Of a stretch of DNA of 64,000 nt, positions 42,495-54,971 are shown piece by piece; position 1 is the stretch's first letter, and each line of letters starts with the position of its first letter. Made by a program: the position numbers and the translations under genes. The notes below the pieces were generated by a model. That model had not been told where the DNA came from and did no database searches. It saw nothing but the letters and a program-made list of their open reading frames with translations. This DNA comes from an uncultured Gemmatimonadaceae bacterium (GTDB lineage Bacteria; Gemmatimonadota; Gemmatimonadetes; Gemmatimonadales; Gemmatimonadaceae). The stretch spans positions 384,001 to 448,000 of the forward strand of contig CAWHHI010000020.1 in NCBI GenBank assembly GCA_963829055.1, written 5' to 3'.

Positions 42495-44828
42495 ATGATC
42501 GAGCGAAGCATCAAGCGCCTCAGCATGCGAGCGCTTGTGGTGGACGACGAGCTCACCAGCCAGACAGCCGAAGGCCGCGCAGCGCGAGCCCTGGAGAACG
42601 AGCTGAAGAGCCGCGCCGTCGAGGTCGTGGGCGCGGCGTCCGCCGCAGACGGCACGTCCGTGATCATCTCCGACTCCGCGATCCACGCGATACTGGTGGA
42701 CTGGACGCTGGGAGACGCCAACGGGAACGGCAAGTCGCGCAACGGGCATAGCCACGACGGCGCGACGGACCTCCTCAAGCTCGTGCGCTCCCGGAATGAC
42801 AAGATCCCCATCTTCCTGATGGCCGAGCGGGGCCAGGCATCGTCGATCCCCATCGACGTGATGCAGATGGTGGACGAGTACATCTGGACGCTGGAAGACA
42901 CGGCGGCGTTCGTCGGCGGGCGTGTGGTCGCCGCCATCAAGCGCTACGTCGGGGTCATGCTTCCTCCCCTGGCCGCATCGCTCATGAAGTTCAGCCAGGA
43001 TTACGAGTATTCCTGGCACACGCCGGGGCACACGGGCGGCACCGCGTTTCTCAAGTCGCCGGTGGGGCGGATCTTCTTCGACTACTTCGGCGAGAACCTG
43101 CTGCGGTCCGACCTGTCGATCAGCGTCGGCGCGTTAGGCTCGCTGCTCGACCACACCGGCCCGATCGGCGAGCACGAGAAGTTTGCGGCGCGGGTCTTCG
43201 GCGCCCATCGGACGTACTCGGTGACCAACGGCACCTCCATGGCGAACCGCGTGATCTTCATGGCGGCGGTTGGCCGGGACCAGATCGCGTTATGCGACCG
43301 CAACTGCCACAAGTCGATCGAGCACAGCCTGGTCATGTCGGGCGGGATCCCGACGTACTTCGTTCCGCTGCGCAATCGCTACGGGATCATCGGGCCGATC
43401 CCGCCCGAACGTCTCAAGGCCGCGGCCATCAAGGCCGCCATCAAGGCCAACCCGCTGGCGCCTAACGGGGCCGACGCGCGCGCGGTGTACTCGGTGATCA
43501 CCAACTCCACCTACGACGGGCTGTGCTACAACGCGCGGCGGGTCGAGGAGCTGCTCGATCCCAGCGTCGATCGGATTCACTTCGACGAGGCGTGGTACGC
43601 CTACGCCCGCTTCAACCCGATCTACCGGGACCGCTTTGCCATGCACGGTGACCCGAAGGACCACAAAGGCCCGACGGTCTTCGCCACGCACTCCACCCAC
43701 AAGCTGCTGGCGGCACTCTCCCAGGCGTCGCTCCTGCACATCCGCGACGGGCGCAGTCCGATTCCGCATTCGCGCTTCAACGAGTCGTACATGATGCAGG
43801 CGTCCACCTCGCCGCTCTACACCATCCTCGTCTCGAACGACATCACCGCGGCGATGATGGATGGTCCCGGAGGGGCGGCACTCACCAACGAGTCCATCGA
43901 GGAAGCGGTGGCGTTTCGGCAGACCATCGGCCGCGTCCACCGCGAATTCAAGAAGAAGGGGGAGTGGTTCTTCAACACGTGGAACGCGGAGCAGGTCAGC
44001 GAGAAGAAGAACGGCAGGAAAGTCGCGTTCGCCGATGCGTCACCCGAGTTCCTCATCCGCGAGCCCGACGCCTGGGTGCTGCACCCGGGAGATACGTGGC
44101 ACGGGTTCGGCGATCTCGAGGACGGCTACTGCATGCTGGATCCGATCAAGGTGTCGATCGTGACGCCCGGCGTGGCCGAGAAGGGTGGACTCGACAAGCA
44201 AGGGATCCCGGCCACGCTCCTGACGGCGTACCTCCACCGCCGCGGGGTGGAGGTCGAGAAGACCACGGACTTCACGATTCTGTTCCTCTTCTCGATCGGC
44301 ATCACCAAGGGAAAGTGGGGGACGCTGCTCAACGCGCTGCTCGAGTTCAAGCGCGACTACGACACCAACTGCCCACTGGTCGAGGTGCTGCCGGACCTAA
44401 CGAGTGCGCACCCGGACGTCTACGGAGGGCTCGGGCTGCGCGACCTGGCGGACCGGATGTTCGCCACGCTCAAGGACACGCGGCAGACGCACTGGCTGTC
44501 CGAGGCATTCTCCACGCTCCCCGAAGCGGTGATGACGCCGAGCGCGGCGTATCAGCACCTCGTGCGAGACGAGATCGAGCACGTCGCGCTGCCGGACCTC
44601 GCCGACCGCGTGCTCGCCACGAGTCTGGTGCCCTATCCACCCGGCATTCCGATGCTGATGCCGGGCGAGGCCACCGGCCCGGACAAAGGACCGTACCTGG
44701 GGTATCTGCGCGCGCTCGCCGAGTGGGACCGACGGTTCCCGGGGTTCGGGCACGACACGCACGGCGTGGAACATCGGGATGGGGTGCAATACATCCAGTG
44801 CTTGAAGAAGACGTCACGACGCGGCTGA
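42495..44828 (+). CDS. Orn/Lys/Arg decarboxylase (AdiA/LdcA-like), intact
   Basis: EYSWHTPGHTGG, RSDLSISV, DRNCHKS, HFDEAW, ATHSTHKLL, PYPPGIP. Confidence 0.92.
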   Translation: MIERSIKRLSMRALVVDDELTSQTAEGRAARALENELKSRAVEVVGAASAADGTSVIISDSAIHAILVDWTLGDANGNGKSRNGHSHDGATDLLKLVRSRNDKIPIFLMAERGQASSIPIDVMQMVDEYIWTLEDTAAFVGGRVVAAIKRYVGVMLPPLAASLMKFSQDYEYSWHTPGHTGGTAFLKSPVGRIFFDYFGENLLRSDLSISVGALGSLLDHTGPIGEHEKFAARVFGAHRTYSVTNGTSMANRVIFMAAVGRDQIALCDRNCHKSIEHSLVMSGGIPTYFVPLRNRYGIIGPIPPERLKAAAIKAAIKANPLAPNGADARAVYSVITNSTYDGLCYNARRVEELLDPSVDRIHFDEAWYAYARFNPIYRDRFAMHGDPKDHKGPTVFATHSTHKLLAALSQASLLHIRDGRSPIPHSRFNESYMMQASTSPLYTILVSNDITAAMMDGPGGAALTNESIEEAVAFRQTIGRVHREFKKKGEWFFNTWNAEQVSEKKNGRKVAFADASPEFLIREPDAWVLHPGDTWHGFGDLEDGYCMLDPIKVSIVTPGVAEKGGLDKQGIPATLLTAYLHRRGVEVEKTTDFTILFLFSIGITKGKWGTLLNALLEFKRDYDTNCPLVEVLPDLTSAHPDVYGGLGLRDLADRMFATLKDTRQTHWLSEAFSTLPEAVMTPSAAYQHLVRDEIEHVALPDLADRVLATSLVPYPPGIPMLMPGEATGPDKGPYLGYLRALAEWDRRFPGFGHDTHGVEHRDGVQYIQCLKKTSRRG

Positions 44829-44835
44829 CGGAGAC

Positions 44836-45050
44836 ATGGGGACTGGGGACTGGGGACTGGGGATAACTGCAAGCTGGTTGCTGGGTGGTCGTGCTGGTTG
44901 CTGGGTGACGCTGGGTGCGGCTGCGTGCAGCGAGCAGCGCGTGGGTGACCGGGCGGTAATGGCAGCAGCGGGCAGCGTGCGGCCGCAGCATGCAGCCGTC
45001 GGCAGACAGTTCCCAGCGTGCAGCCCCAGTCCCCAGTCCCCAGTCCCCAT
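44836..45050. repeat. 27-bp perfect inverted repeat made of TGGGGAC heptamers, enclosing a 161-bp spacer
   Basis: ATGGGGACTGGGGACTGGGGACTGGGG at 44836-44862 and its exact reverse complement at 45024-45050. Confidence 0.95.
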
Positions 45051-45068
45051 TCAGTCGTTAGGCATACC

Positions 45069-46444
45069 ATGGCAATGCTCCATGTCGCGATCCGGGGACG
45101 CGACCGCCGTCACCTGACGGCGCTCGGCCCCAAGCTCCGGGTCGTGGTGGTGGGCTATCGGGAGGATGCGCACGGCCTCGTCGTCGATGCGTACATCCCG
45201 GTCGGCAAGGTCGGGTGGCTCGAGCGGCACGGCTACGGCGTCACGCCGATCGAGGCGGTGGATGCGCATGACCGCACCCGCCAGGAGGAAGGGCGCACCG
45301 CCGTGGCGAGCCGGGTCAAGCGCGGCCGCTACGGCGACATCATCTGGGGAGGCGGCTACCTCACGACCGACGAAGTGGAAGCCGCGCATGGTGCTCGGAG
45401 AAAAGAACCACGCCGGCTACTTCGAGCGGATCGCGCTGCCGCACCTGACGTGGGAGAAGCGACGCTGCCACGCCCTCCGCATTGGCACGGGCGGTGCCGG
45501 CACCGGCCGCCGGCCCGCCGTCTGCTTCGTGGCCGGCGTGCACGGACGGGAATGGGGTGGCCCCGACATCCTCGTCTACTTCGCGATGCGACTGCTGCGC
45601 GCCTACCGCGACGGGAAAGGCGTTAGGCTCGGCGGCAAGCGCTTCACCGCGGCGCAGATCCGCGGGATCGTCGACGGGCCTCGACATCATCCTGCTGCCC
45701 CAGGTGAATCCCGATGGCCGGCACTTCAGCATGGAGCGGCACCCGATGTGGCGGAAGAATCGGCGGCCGGCGCCGCGCGGCCGCGGCGCCAAGTGCATTG
45801 GGGTGGACCTCAATCGGAACTTCCCGTTCCTGTGGCGCTTCGATCGGCACTTCGCGCCGGACACCGTGCAGAGCACGTTCAACCCGGCAGACTACGAGAC
45901 CTACGTCGGTCCGCGCGCGGCGTCCGAGCCGGAGACACGCAACGTGATCTGGCTGCTGGATCGCTTTCCCAACATCCGCTACTACGTCGACCTGCACAGC
46001 TACGGCGAGACCATTCTCCATAGTTGGGGCAGCGATGAGAACCAGTCGCGGAATCCGCGCATGAGCTTCCGGAACTCGGCGTACGACGGAACGCGGGGCC
46101 AGATCCACGACGACGTGTACCGCGAGTACGTGCCGGCCGCGGATGAGAAGGAGGCGCAGCGGATGGGACGACACATGGCTGCGTCCATCCGGCTCGTCCG
46201 TGGGCCGCGACTACAAGGTGAAGCAATCCGTCGGACTGTACCCGACGGCGGGCGCTTCGGACGACTACGCGTACAGTCGCCACCTGGTGAATCGCAAGCG
46301 AAGGGGAAGATCATTGCCTTCACCATCGAGTGGGGCCGCAGCCACGCGTCCACGCCGTTCCACCCGCCGTACCCGGAGATGCGCAAGGTCATGCGTGACG
46401 TGACCGCGGGGCTGCTCGCGATGTGCCTTCACGCGCTGCGGTAG
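45069..46444 (+). CDS. M14 zinc carboxypeptidase, frameshifted
   Basis: GVHGREW (HxxE), NPDG, WRKNRR, GVDLNRNF, SEPET, DLHSYG, FTIEW. Confidence 0.88.
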
Positions 46445-46454
46445 CAGAAGGACG

Positions 46455-46470
46455 GCGTACGAAGGCCCAA
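46455..46470 (+). promoter_or_regulatory. Box variant upstream of the YHS-protein/antiporter unit
   Basis: GCGTAC-GAAG-GCCCAA then TTGTCC; GATTGT follows after only 13 bp. Confidence 0.45.
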
Positions 46471-46578
46471 TTGTCCGCCGCCGCGGGCCGATTGTGCGGA
46501 AGCTGGCCATCGGCCGATCGTGCAGCGACGATCGACCCCGCAGACGAGTGCGATCACCCAGTCCGGGAGAACCAAGCA

Positions 46579-47240
46579 ATGTCCGACGTGTCAGCCCTAC
46601 TCGAGCGAATCGATGCCGAGTTCTCCGCTCTCGACGGCAAGATCAAGCGGGCGCAGGGCGAGAAACTGCAGGAGCACAGGATCGGCAGCAACGTCTGACA
46701 ACGTTCAAGAGGGAATTGGATACGTTGCCCGACGTCTGGAGGCCTCGCCTGGAGGCGCTGATTCAGCGCTTCGGGGACAACGCCAAGGTGACTCCGCGCC
46801 TCGAGTCGACCAGTCGCGCGGTCGACGCATGAATTTCGAGTCGGAGCTGGCGCGCATCCACCTGCGGCTTTCGGCAACCATCGATCAGGACGTTCGCAAT
46901 CTCGTCCTGATCTACGATCTGGAGATCCTGCCCGCCCTCATGCAATTCGATTCGCATGCGCAGGCCAGTGGCCCCTCGATGCCATCGATCGCAAGGCGAT
47001 TGGGCACTGGGTCGATGACCGGATCGTCTCGTTCGTCAAGACGTATTTGTCACTGCACGAGAACGAGTACTACCTGAAGGAGCACATGGTCGAGCGATCC
47101 GGTGGCGGGCGTGCGATTTCCGAAGTTACGCGGCAGCCGCGACGCTCGACTGTGGGTGGAAAGACCTACTACTTCATCGGCGACGATACCCGTCGTGAGT
47201 TCGAGGCGAAGCAGCAGGAGTGTCCTCGGGACTCGCCTAA
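46579..47240 (+). CDS. YHS-domain protein, several frameshifts
   Basis: MSDVSALLERIDAEF coiled N-terminus; YDLEILP; DPVAGVRFPK...GKTYYFIGDDTRREF; end approximate. Confidence 0.65.
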
Positions 47241-47290
47241 CGATTCACGCTTGCTGGAGCGCCGGGAACCCGCGCGCTCGAGGCATTCGC

Positions 47291-48706
47291 ATGGGCGATC
47301 CGGCAAGGAAGATGACGCTGCTGCAGGCCACGATGCTGGTGGCCGGCAACATGATCGGCACGGGCGTCTTCCTGCTCCCCGTCAATCTCGCGTCCGTCGG
47401 CGGCATCGCCGTCTTCGGCTGGATCGTGGCGACCGCCGGCGCCGCCGCGTTAGGCCTGATCTTCGCCAAGCTCGGAGAGCTGGACCCACAGGAAGGCGGG
47501 CCGTACGCCTACGCCCGGGACTTTCTCGGGCCCTACGTCGGGTTTCAGACCAACTACATCTACTGGTTCGGCAACTGGATCGGAAACATCGCGATCGCGG
47601 TGGCCGCGGTCGGCTACCTGGCGGAGTTCATCCCGGGGGTCGGCACGCCGCCCGCGAGCGTGTTCGCCACCGCCGCCGTGATCTGGATTCTCACGTTCGC
47701 GAACATCCTCGGGACCGCGCGTCATCGGCGCGCTCGAGACGTGGACGATGAGCCTGGCGCTCATTCCGATCCTCGGGATCGCGTTTCTGGGGTGGCTCTG
47801 GTTCAGTCCCGACACGTTTCGCGACGGCTGGAATGTCAGCGGCGGATCCAACGCCCATGCCATCTCGCGCGCGGCGTCGATGGCGCTGTGGGCGTACATG
47901 GGCATCGAGAGCGCGGCCGTGTCCGCCGGCGTCATCGAGAACCCGAAGCGCAACATCCCGCTCGCCACAATGATCGGCCTCGGCCTCGCGGCGGTGGTGT
48001 ACGTGCTGAGCTCGACGGTGATCATGGGCATCATCCCGAACGCCGAGCTCCAGAAGTCGCACGCTCCGTTCGCCGAGGCGGCGCGGATCGCGTTCGGGAC
48101 GCCGGGCGTGGTGATCGTGTCGCTCTGCGCGATCCTCAAGTCCGTCGGATCACTCGGCGGGTGGATGATGCTGGTGGGCCAGTCCGCGAAGGCCGCGGCG
48201 TCCGACGGCATGTTCCCGGCGGTGTTCGGGCGGGTCAACCGCCACGGCGTGCCCGGCGTGGGCCTAACGATTGTCGGCGTGCTCATGACGATCGTGCTCT
48301 TCGCCACGATGTCACCGACGATCGCCGACCAGTTCAGCACGATCGTGGACCTCGCCGTGATCCTCGCCGTCATTCCGTACGTCTATGCGTCGGTGGCGGT
48401 GGTGAAGGTGATTTTCGATCACCACCTGCCGGCGCGCACGTTCCAGACCTACAAGTGGATCGCCATCGCCGCGGTGATCTACTGCCTCTGGACCGTGCTG
48501 GGCGGCGATCCGTCGACGGTCGTGTACGCCATGGTGGCTCTCCTCGCCAGCGTGCCGCTCTATCCGTTCTTCATCGGTCGATGGAGGCGGCGTCGGAGCG
48601 CAAACGCGACCGGCAAGCGGTCACCGGAGCCTGTATCGCTCGCTCGGGGACGAGCGGCCGACGGTCACGGCGCCAGGCGGTCCCGGCCGCACCGCAGCGC
48701 GCCTAA
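47291..48706 (+). CDS. APC amino acid/polyamine antiporter (AdiC/CadB-like), frameshifted
   Basis: [57 protein letters not shown]; end approximate. Confidence 0.87.
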   Translation: MGDPARKMTLLQATMLVAGNMIGTGVFLLPVNLASVGGIAVFGWIVATAGAAALGLIFAKLGELDPQEGGPYAYARDFLGPYVGFQTNYIYWFGNWIGNIAIAVAAVGYLAEFIPGVGTPPASVFATAAVIWILTFANILGTARHRRARDVDDEPGAHSDPRDRVSGVALVQSRHVSRRLECQRRIQRPCHLARGVDGAVGVHGHRERGRVRRRHREPEAQHPARHNDRPRPRGGGVRAELDGDHGHHPERRAPEVARSVRRGGADRVRDAGRGDRVALRDPQVRRITRRVDDAGGPVREGRGVRRHVPGGVRAGQPPRRARRGPNDCRRAHDDRALRHDVTDDRRPVQHDRGPRRDPRRHSVRLCVGGGGEGDFRSPPAGAHVPDLQVDRHRRGDLLPLDRAGRRSVDGRVRHGGSPRQRAALSVLHRSMEAASERKRDRQAVTGACIARSGTSGRRSRRQAVPAAPQRA

Positions 48707-48746
48707 CGATACCGAAGTCTCCACCACAGCCACCGGAGCGTGCGTC

Positions 48747-51506
48747 ATGGACGCCGAACGTGCACGCCTCGAGGAGGCTCGCGACTCAGAAGACCCCCTG
48801 GAAGAAATGGGGACCCTATCTCAGCGAGCGTCAGTGGGGCACGGTCCGCGAGGACTACAGTGAATCGGGTGATGCGTGGAATTATTTCAGTCACGATCAC
48901 GCCCGCTCCCGCGCCTACCGTTGGGGAGAGGACGGGCTCGCCGGAATCTCCGACGACCGGCAGCTGCTCTGTTTCGGCATCACGCTGTGGAACGGGCAGG
49001 ACCCCATCCTGAAGGAGCGGCTCTTCGGACTGACGAACAGCGAGGGCAATCACGGCGAGGACGTGAAGGAGTACTACTTCTATCTCGACTCCACGCCCAC
49101 GCACTCGTACATGAAGTACCTCTACAAGTATCCCCATGCCGCGTACCCGTACGCGGACCTCATCCGCACGAATGGCGCGCGAGGCCGTGGCGACCCGGAG
49201 TACGAGCTGCTCGATACGGGCGTCTTCGATCAGGACCGCTACTTCGACGTATTCGTCGAGTATGCCAAGGCCGCACCGGAAGACATCCTCATCCAGATCA
49301 CCGTCCATAACCGCGGACCTACGGCGGCGACGCATTCATCTGCTCCCGACGCTGTGGTTCCGTAACAGCTGGTCCTGGAGCGACGACGCCGTTCGCCCCC
49401 GGCTGCATCAGTCGGCACCGGGAGTCGTCGCGGCCTCTCATCCGGAGCTCGGCGACCGATTCCTTCACGCCGACGGCAACGCCACGCTGCTCTTCACGGA
49501 GAACGAGACCAACACCGAACGGCTGGTCAACACGCCTAACCGCACGCCCTACGTCAAGGACGCGTTCCACCAATACCTCATCAGCGGGCGCACGGCCGCG
49601 GTGAATCCGGAACACACCGGGACGAAGGCAGCCGCGCACTATCGGCTGGAAGTCGCTGCCGGTGGCCTCGCGGTGGTGCGGCTCAGGCTGAGCGACACGA
49701 CACCAGCCGCGTCGGACGCCCGGAGGCCGCAAGCCCGCGACGTCATTCGGCAAGGATTTCGACACCGCATTTTCGCGCCGCCGAAAGGAAGCGGACGAGT
49801 TCTACGCGTCGGTCATCCCGCCGTCGCTCAACGAGGACCAGGCGAACGTCATGCGGCAGGCGATCGCCGGCATGCTCTGGTCGAAGCAGTTCTTCCACTT
49901 CGATGTCAACCAATGGCTGCAGGAGCGCGGCCGCGCCCGCGTTCAAGGCCGGCGAGCACGAGGTTCGCAACGCGCACTGGCACCACATGGCCAACGCCGA
50001 CGTCATCTCGATGCCGGACAAGTGGGAGTACCCGTGGTTTGCGGCATGGGACCTGGCCTTCCACACGCTGGCGTTGTCGCTCGTGGATCCGGACTTCGGC
50101 AAGCAGCAGCTGGACCTCATGCTGCACTCCCGGTACCTGCATCCCAACGGTCAGCTGCCCGCGTACGAGTGGAACTTCGGCGACGTGAATCCACCGGTGC
50201 ATGCGTGGGCGACGATCTTCACGTATCGCCTCGAGAAGGCCGCGAAGGGACAGGGCGACATCGAGTGGCTCGAACGCGCCTTCCACAAGCTGATGCTCAA
50301 CTTCACGTGGTGGGTGAATCGAAAGGACCGTTCCGGCAGCAACGTGTTCGAGGGCGGCTTCCTCGGACTGGATAACATCGGCGTGTTCGATCGCAGCGCA
50401 CCGCTTCCGACCGGCGGATATCTGGAGCAGGCCGACGGCACGGCCTGGATGGCGCTGTTCTGTCAGAACCTGCTCGAGATAGCGGTGGAGCTCAGCGAGA
50501 CCCGGCCGGCCTACATCGGTCTCGTCGAGAAGTTCGTCGAGCATGCCCTGCTGGATTACTTCCTCGATGCTCAATGTCGGCGATGGGCGGCATGTGGGAC
50601 GAGGAGGACGGGTTCTTCTACGATGTCCTGCGGCTGCCGAACGGCCAGGCGCAGCGACTCAAGGTCCGGTCCATGGTCGGGTTGCTTCCGCTGTGCGCCG
50701 TCACCGTTTTCGAGGGCGAGCTCAGGAAGAAGTCCCCCGAGGTCAACCAATCGCCTGCGCGAGTTCCTGATGGCTCGGCCAGAGCTGAGGGCCTTCATCC
50801 ACGACCCGGTCAAGACTCGGCAAGGGTGGCCGCTCGATGAGCGCGCCGCTCAACGAAGACAAGCTTCGCCGAGTGCTGACGCGGATGCTCGATGAGAAGG
50901 AGTTCCTGAGCCCGTACGGCATTCGCGCGCTGTCGCGCTATCATGCCGAGCACCCGTTCGTGCTTCATGTGGAAGGCCAGGAGTATGCCGTCTCGTACCT
51001 CCCGGCCGAATCCGACACCGGCATGTTCGGCGGCAACTCGAACTGGCGCGGGACCGATCTGGATGCCGGTGAACGCGCTGATCATTCGCGCGCTGCTCCA
51101 GTATCACCTGTACTACGGCGACGACTTCACCATCGAATGCCCGACGGGCTCCGGTCGCACGATGAACCTGTATCAGGTGGCCGAGGAGATCGGGCGGCGC
51201 CTAACGAGCATTTTCCTGTTCGATCGTGAGGGCCGCCGGCCGGTGTATGGGGGGATCACGAAGTTTCAGGAGGACCCGCACTGGCGCGAGCATATTCTCT
51301 TCTACGAGTACTTCCACGGAGACAACGGCATGGGGATCGGCGCCAGCCATCAGACCGGATGGACCGGGGTCGTCGCCCGCATCATGCACCTGTTTGCCAC
51401 GACGACGTCGGAGCAGGCGCTCGAGATGGGCAAGGCTGCGGCATTCCACGAAGTCGAGCCGCTCGAGACCGGCGATAGCTGGTGGCGCGACCGTACCGGA
51501 TCGTGA
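48747..51506 (+). CDS. GH63/MGH1-like glucosidase, multiple frameshifts
   Basis: [73 protein letters not shown]. Confidence 0.88.
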
Positions 51507-51760
51507 CACCGGGATCGGCATCGCGTTAGGGCCAGCCTTAACAGACAGCGGGACGCAGAATGACGCAGACCGCCCGCTGGCGCGGACGGACGCGGATTGA
51601 CGCGACGGCTCCGCGTCAGGACCGCTGCGCAACGACGCCTGATTTGACGCGAGCTGTCCTCGCGGACTGGCTCTGAATGAACGTCTGAGCAGCCTTGCGC
51701 CTGCCGCGTCCATCGGCCAGCGATCGGAATGTGATCGACCGCCGTCGGCGACGGAATCGG

Positions 51761-52414
51761 TCACCAGGAACCGCGCCGACCTCGCCCTACCGCAGCGGCA
51801 CCGCGTGCCCGTGAAGCGATCGACCGTGTCCGACCAGCAGTGAAGTCGAGCATGCCCTGCCAGTAGTCGCGCCCCATGGCGACGATCGGGAAGTGTCGAA
51901 TCTTCCCCGTCTGGACGAGCGTGACCGTCTCGAAGATCTCATCGAGCGTCCCGTACCCGCCCGGCATGAGCACGAAGGCGCTGGAGTATTTCACCAGCAT
52001 GACCTTGCGGACGAAGAAGTAGTCGAAGCTCACGACGCGATCGAGGTACGGATTCGGCTGCTGCTCGTGCGGGAGGATGATGTTGCATCCGACGCTCAGT
52101 CCGCCGCCCTCACGCGCGCCCCGGTTCGCGGCCTCCATGATCCCCGGGCCGCCTCCGGTCACGACGGTGTAACCGTGCCGCGCCAGCTCGCGGCCCAGCT
52201 CGCGCGCGAGCTTGTAGTACCGATGAGTCTCATCGAAGCGCGCGGAGCCGAACACGGTCACGGCCTGTCCGAATGTCGTACAATGTCCGACATCCGGTCA
52301 CGAACTCCTGGAACATCCGGAACGCGCGATCGAAGTCGACGCAGCAGGTCGTCGCTCCGGCTCAGGAGCGCCTCGTCTCGGCAGCGCGGAGCCGACTCGA
52401 GCGGTCTCGATCAT
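51761..52414 (-). CDS. LOG-family protein (TIGR00730 type), frameshifted at both ends
   Basis: [38 protein letters not shown]. Confidence 0.88.
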
Positions 52415-52425
52415 GCTGTGCCTCG

Positions 52426-52471
52426 TGGGACTTTCATTCAATTGCAACGCTCTGCCGAGCGCGGCCAAAGT
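52426..52471 (+). promoter_or_regulatory. Activator box variant plus promoter for xfp-glgX-glgP
   Basis: TGGGAC-TTTC-ATTCAA, TTGCAA, 18 bp, CAAAGT. Confidence 0.55.
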
Positions 52472-52523
52472 CAATGGACCGTTCGTAGCGCCCGGCAGAA
52501 TACACGGCCACGGAGTGAATCGT

Positions 52524-54971
52524 ATGACCCAGACAATCCACGAAGCGGCCGCCCGCACGCGCGAGCCGCTCTCTCCGACACGGAAGCTTCGGCAAGCTCG
52601 ATGCGCTGTGGCGCGCGTCGAACTATCTGTCGGTTGGCCAGATCTACCTGCTGGACAATCCGCTCCTCCGCCAGCCGCTCAACGCGGGAACACATCAAGC
52701 CGCGGCTGTTGGGGCACTGGGGCACCACGCCGGGTCTCAACTTCATCTACGCGCACCTGAACCGCGTGATCAAGAAGTACGACGCGGACATGATCTACAT
52801 CATCGGCCCGGGGCACGGCGGCCCGGCGCTGGTCGCGCACGCGTACCTCGAGGGGACCTACAGCGAGGTCTACCCGAACATCAGCCAGGACGAAGAGGGG
52901 ATGAAGCGCCTCTTCAAGCAGTTCAGCTTCCCGGGCGGCATCCCCAGCCACGTCGCTCCCGAAACACCCGGGTCGATCCACGAAGGCGGCGAGCTCGGGT
53001 ACGCGCTGTCGCACGCGTTCGGCGCCGCCTTCGACAATCCGGATCTGATCGTGGCCTGCGTCATCGGCGACGGCGAAGCCGAGACCGGTCCGCTGGCCAC
53101 CGGCTGGCACGGCAACAAGTTCCTGAACCCGGCGCGCGACGGCTGCGTGCTGCCCATCCTGCATCTCAACGGCTACAAGATCGCCAACCCCTGCTTCCTC
53201 GACCGCATTCCGAGGGAGGAGCTCACCAAGCTGCTCGAGGGATACGGCTACGAGCCGTACTACGTCGAGGGCCACGAGCCTAACGCGATCCACCGGCAGA
53301 TGGCGGCAGACGCTCGACGCCGTCATGGCGGACATCCGGCGCATCCAGGCCGACGCGCGTGAGCGATGGCGTTAGGCAGCGGCCGATCTGGCCAATGATC
53401 GTGCTGCGCACGCCGAAGGGCTGGACCTGCCCCACGCGAGATCGACGGCAAGCTCTGCGAGGGTTACTGGCGCAGCCACCAGGTGCCGATGGGCGACATG
53501 GACAAGCCGTCGCACATCGAGATCCTGGAGCAGTGGATGCGGAGCTACCGCCCCGAGGAGCTGTTCGACGAGGCGGGCACGCTCGTGCCCGAGCTGGCGG
53601 AGCTCGCGCCGAACGGCGAGCGGCGGATGAGCGCCAACCCTCACGCGAACGGCGGCCTCAAGCTCAAGGACCTGCGTCTGCCCGACTTCCGCAAATACGC
53701 GGTCGACGTCAAGAAGCCGGGCGCAGCAACGGCCGAGTCGACGCGGGTTCAGGGGAAGTACCTGCGGGACGTGATGAAGCTCAATCTGGACCAGCAGAAC
53801 TTCCGCGTCTTCAGCCCCGACGAGAACAACTCCAATCGCTGGCAGGACATCCTCGAGGTCACCAACCGGTGCTTCATGGCCGAGATCCGTCCGGAGGACG
53901 ATCACCTCGCACCGGACGGCCGCGTGATGGAGGTCCTGTCGGAGCATCAATGCCAGGGCTGGCTCGAAGGCTATCTGCTCACCGGACGGCACGGCTTCTT
54001 CAGCTGCTACGAGGCGTTCATCCACATCATCGACTCGATGTTCAACCAGCACGCGAAGTGGTTGAAGGTGTGCAGTCACATCCCGTGGAGACGGCCGATC
54101 GCGTCGCTCAACTACCTGTTGAGCTCCCACGTCTGGCGTCAGGATCACAACGGCTTCAGCCACCAGGATCCGGGCTTCATCGATCACGTGATCAACAAGA
54201 AGGCGGAGGTGATCCGGGTCTACCTGCCGCCCGACGCGAACACGCTGCTGTCGGTGACGGATCACTGCCTGAAGAGCCGCAACTACGTCAACGTCGTCGT
54301 CGCCGGGAAGCAGCCCGCGCCGCAGTGGCTGACCATGGACCAGGCGATCAAGCACTGCACCGCGGGCATCGGGATCTGGGAGTGGGCCAGCAACGACCAG
54401 GGGAGCGAGCCGGACGTGGTCATGGGATGCTGCGGCGACGTTCCGACGCTCGAGACGCTGGCCGCCGTGCAGCTGATGCGGCACCATCTGCCGGAGCTCA
54501 AGGTCCGCGTGATCAACGTGGTGGACCTCATGCGCCTGCAGTCGGCGGAGGAGCATCCGCACGGGCTGACCGACAAGGAGTTCGATGTCCTGTTCACGAA
54601 GGACAAGCCGATCGTCTTCGCGTTCCACGGGTACCCGTCGCTGATCCACCGCCTAACGTATCGCCGGACCAACCACCGGAACCTCCACGTGCGCGGCTAC
54701 AAGGAGGAAGGCACGACGACGACGCCGTTCGACATGGTCGTGCTGAACGAGCTCGATCGCTTCCACCTCGTGCGAGGACGTGATCGACCGCGTGCCGCAG
54801 CTCGGGGCGCGAGCGGCGTACTTCAAGCAGGCGATCCGCGACAAGCTGATCGAGCACCGGCAGTACATCGAGACGCACGGCGACGACATGCCGGAAATTA
54901 CCGGGTGGCGCTGGGCGGACGACAAGTCGAAGCCCGCGCGTGGCACCTCGACCGAAGGCGACAACGTGTAA
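52524..54971 (+). CDS. xfp: Phosphoketolase (xylulose-5-P/fructose-6-P), frameshifted
   Basis: [72 protein letters not shown]. Confidence 0.93.

Noticed and set aside
44836..45050. Inverted repeat as an IS element or as ORFs beginning MGTGDWGLG
   Set aside because: No transposase or clear target-site duplication; the ORFs are translations of the heptamer repeat
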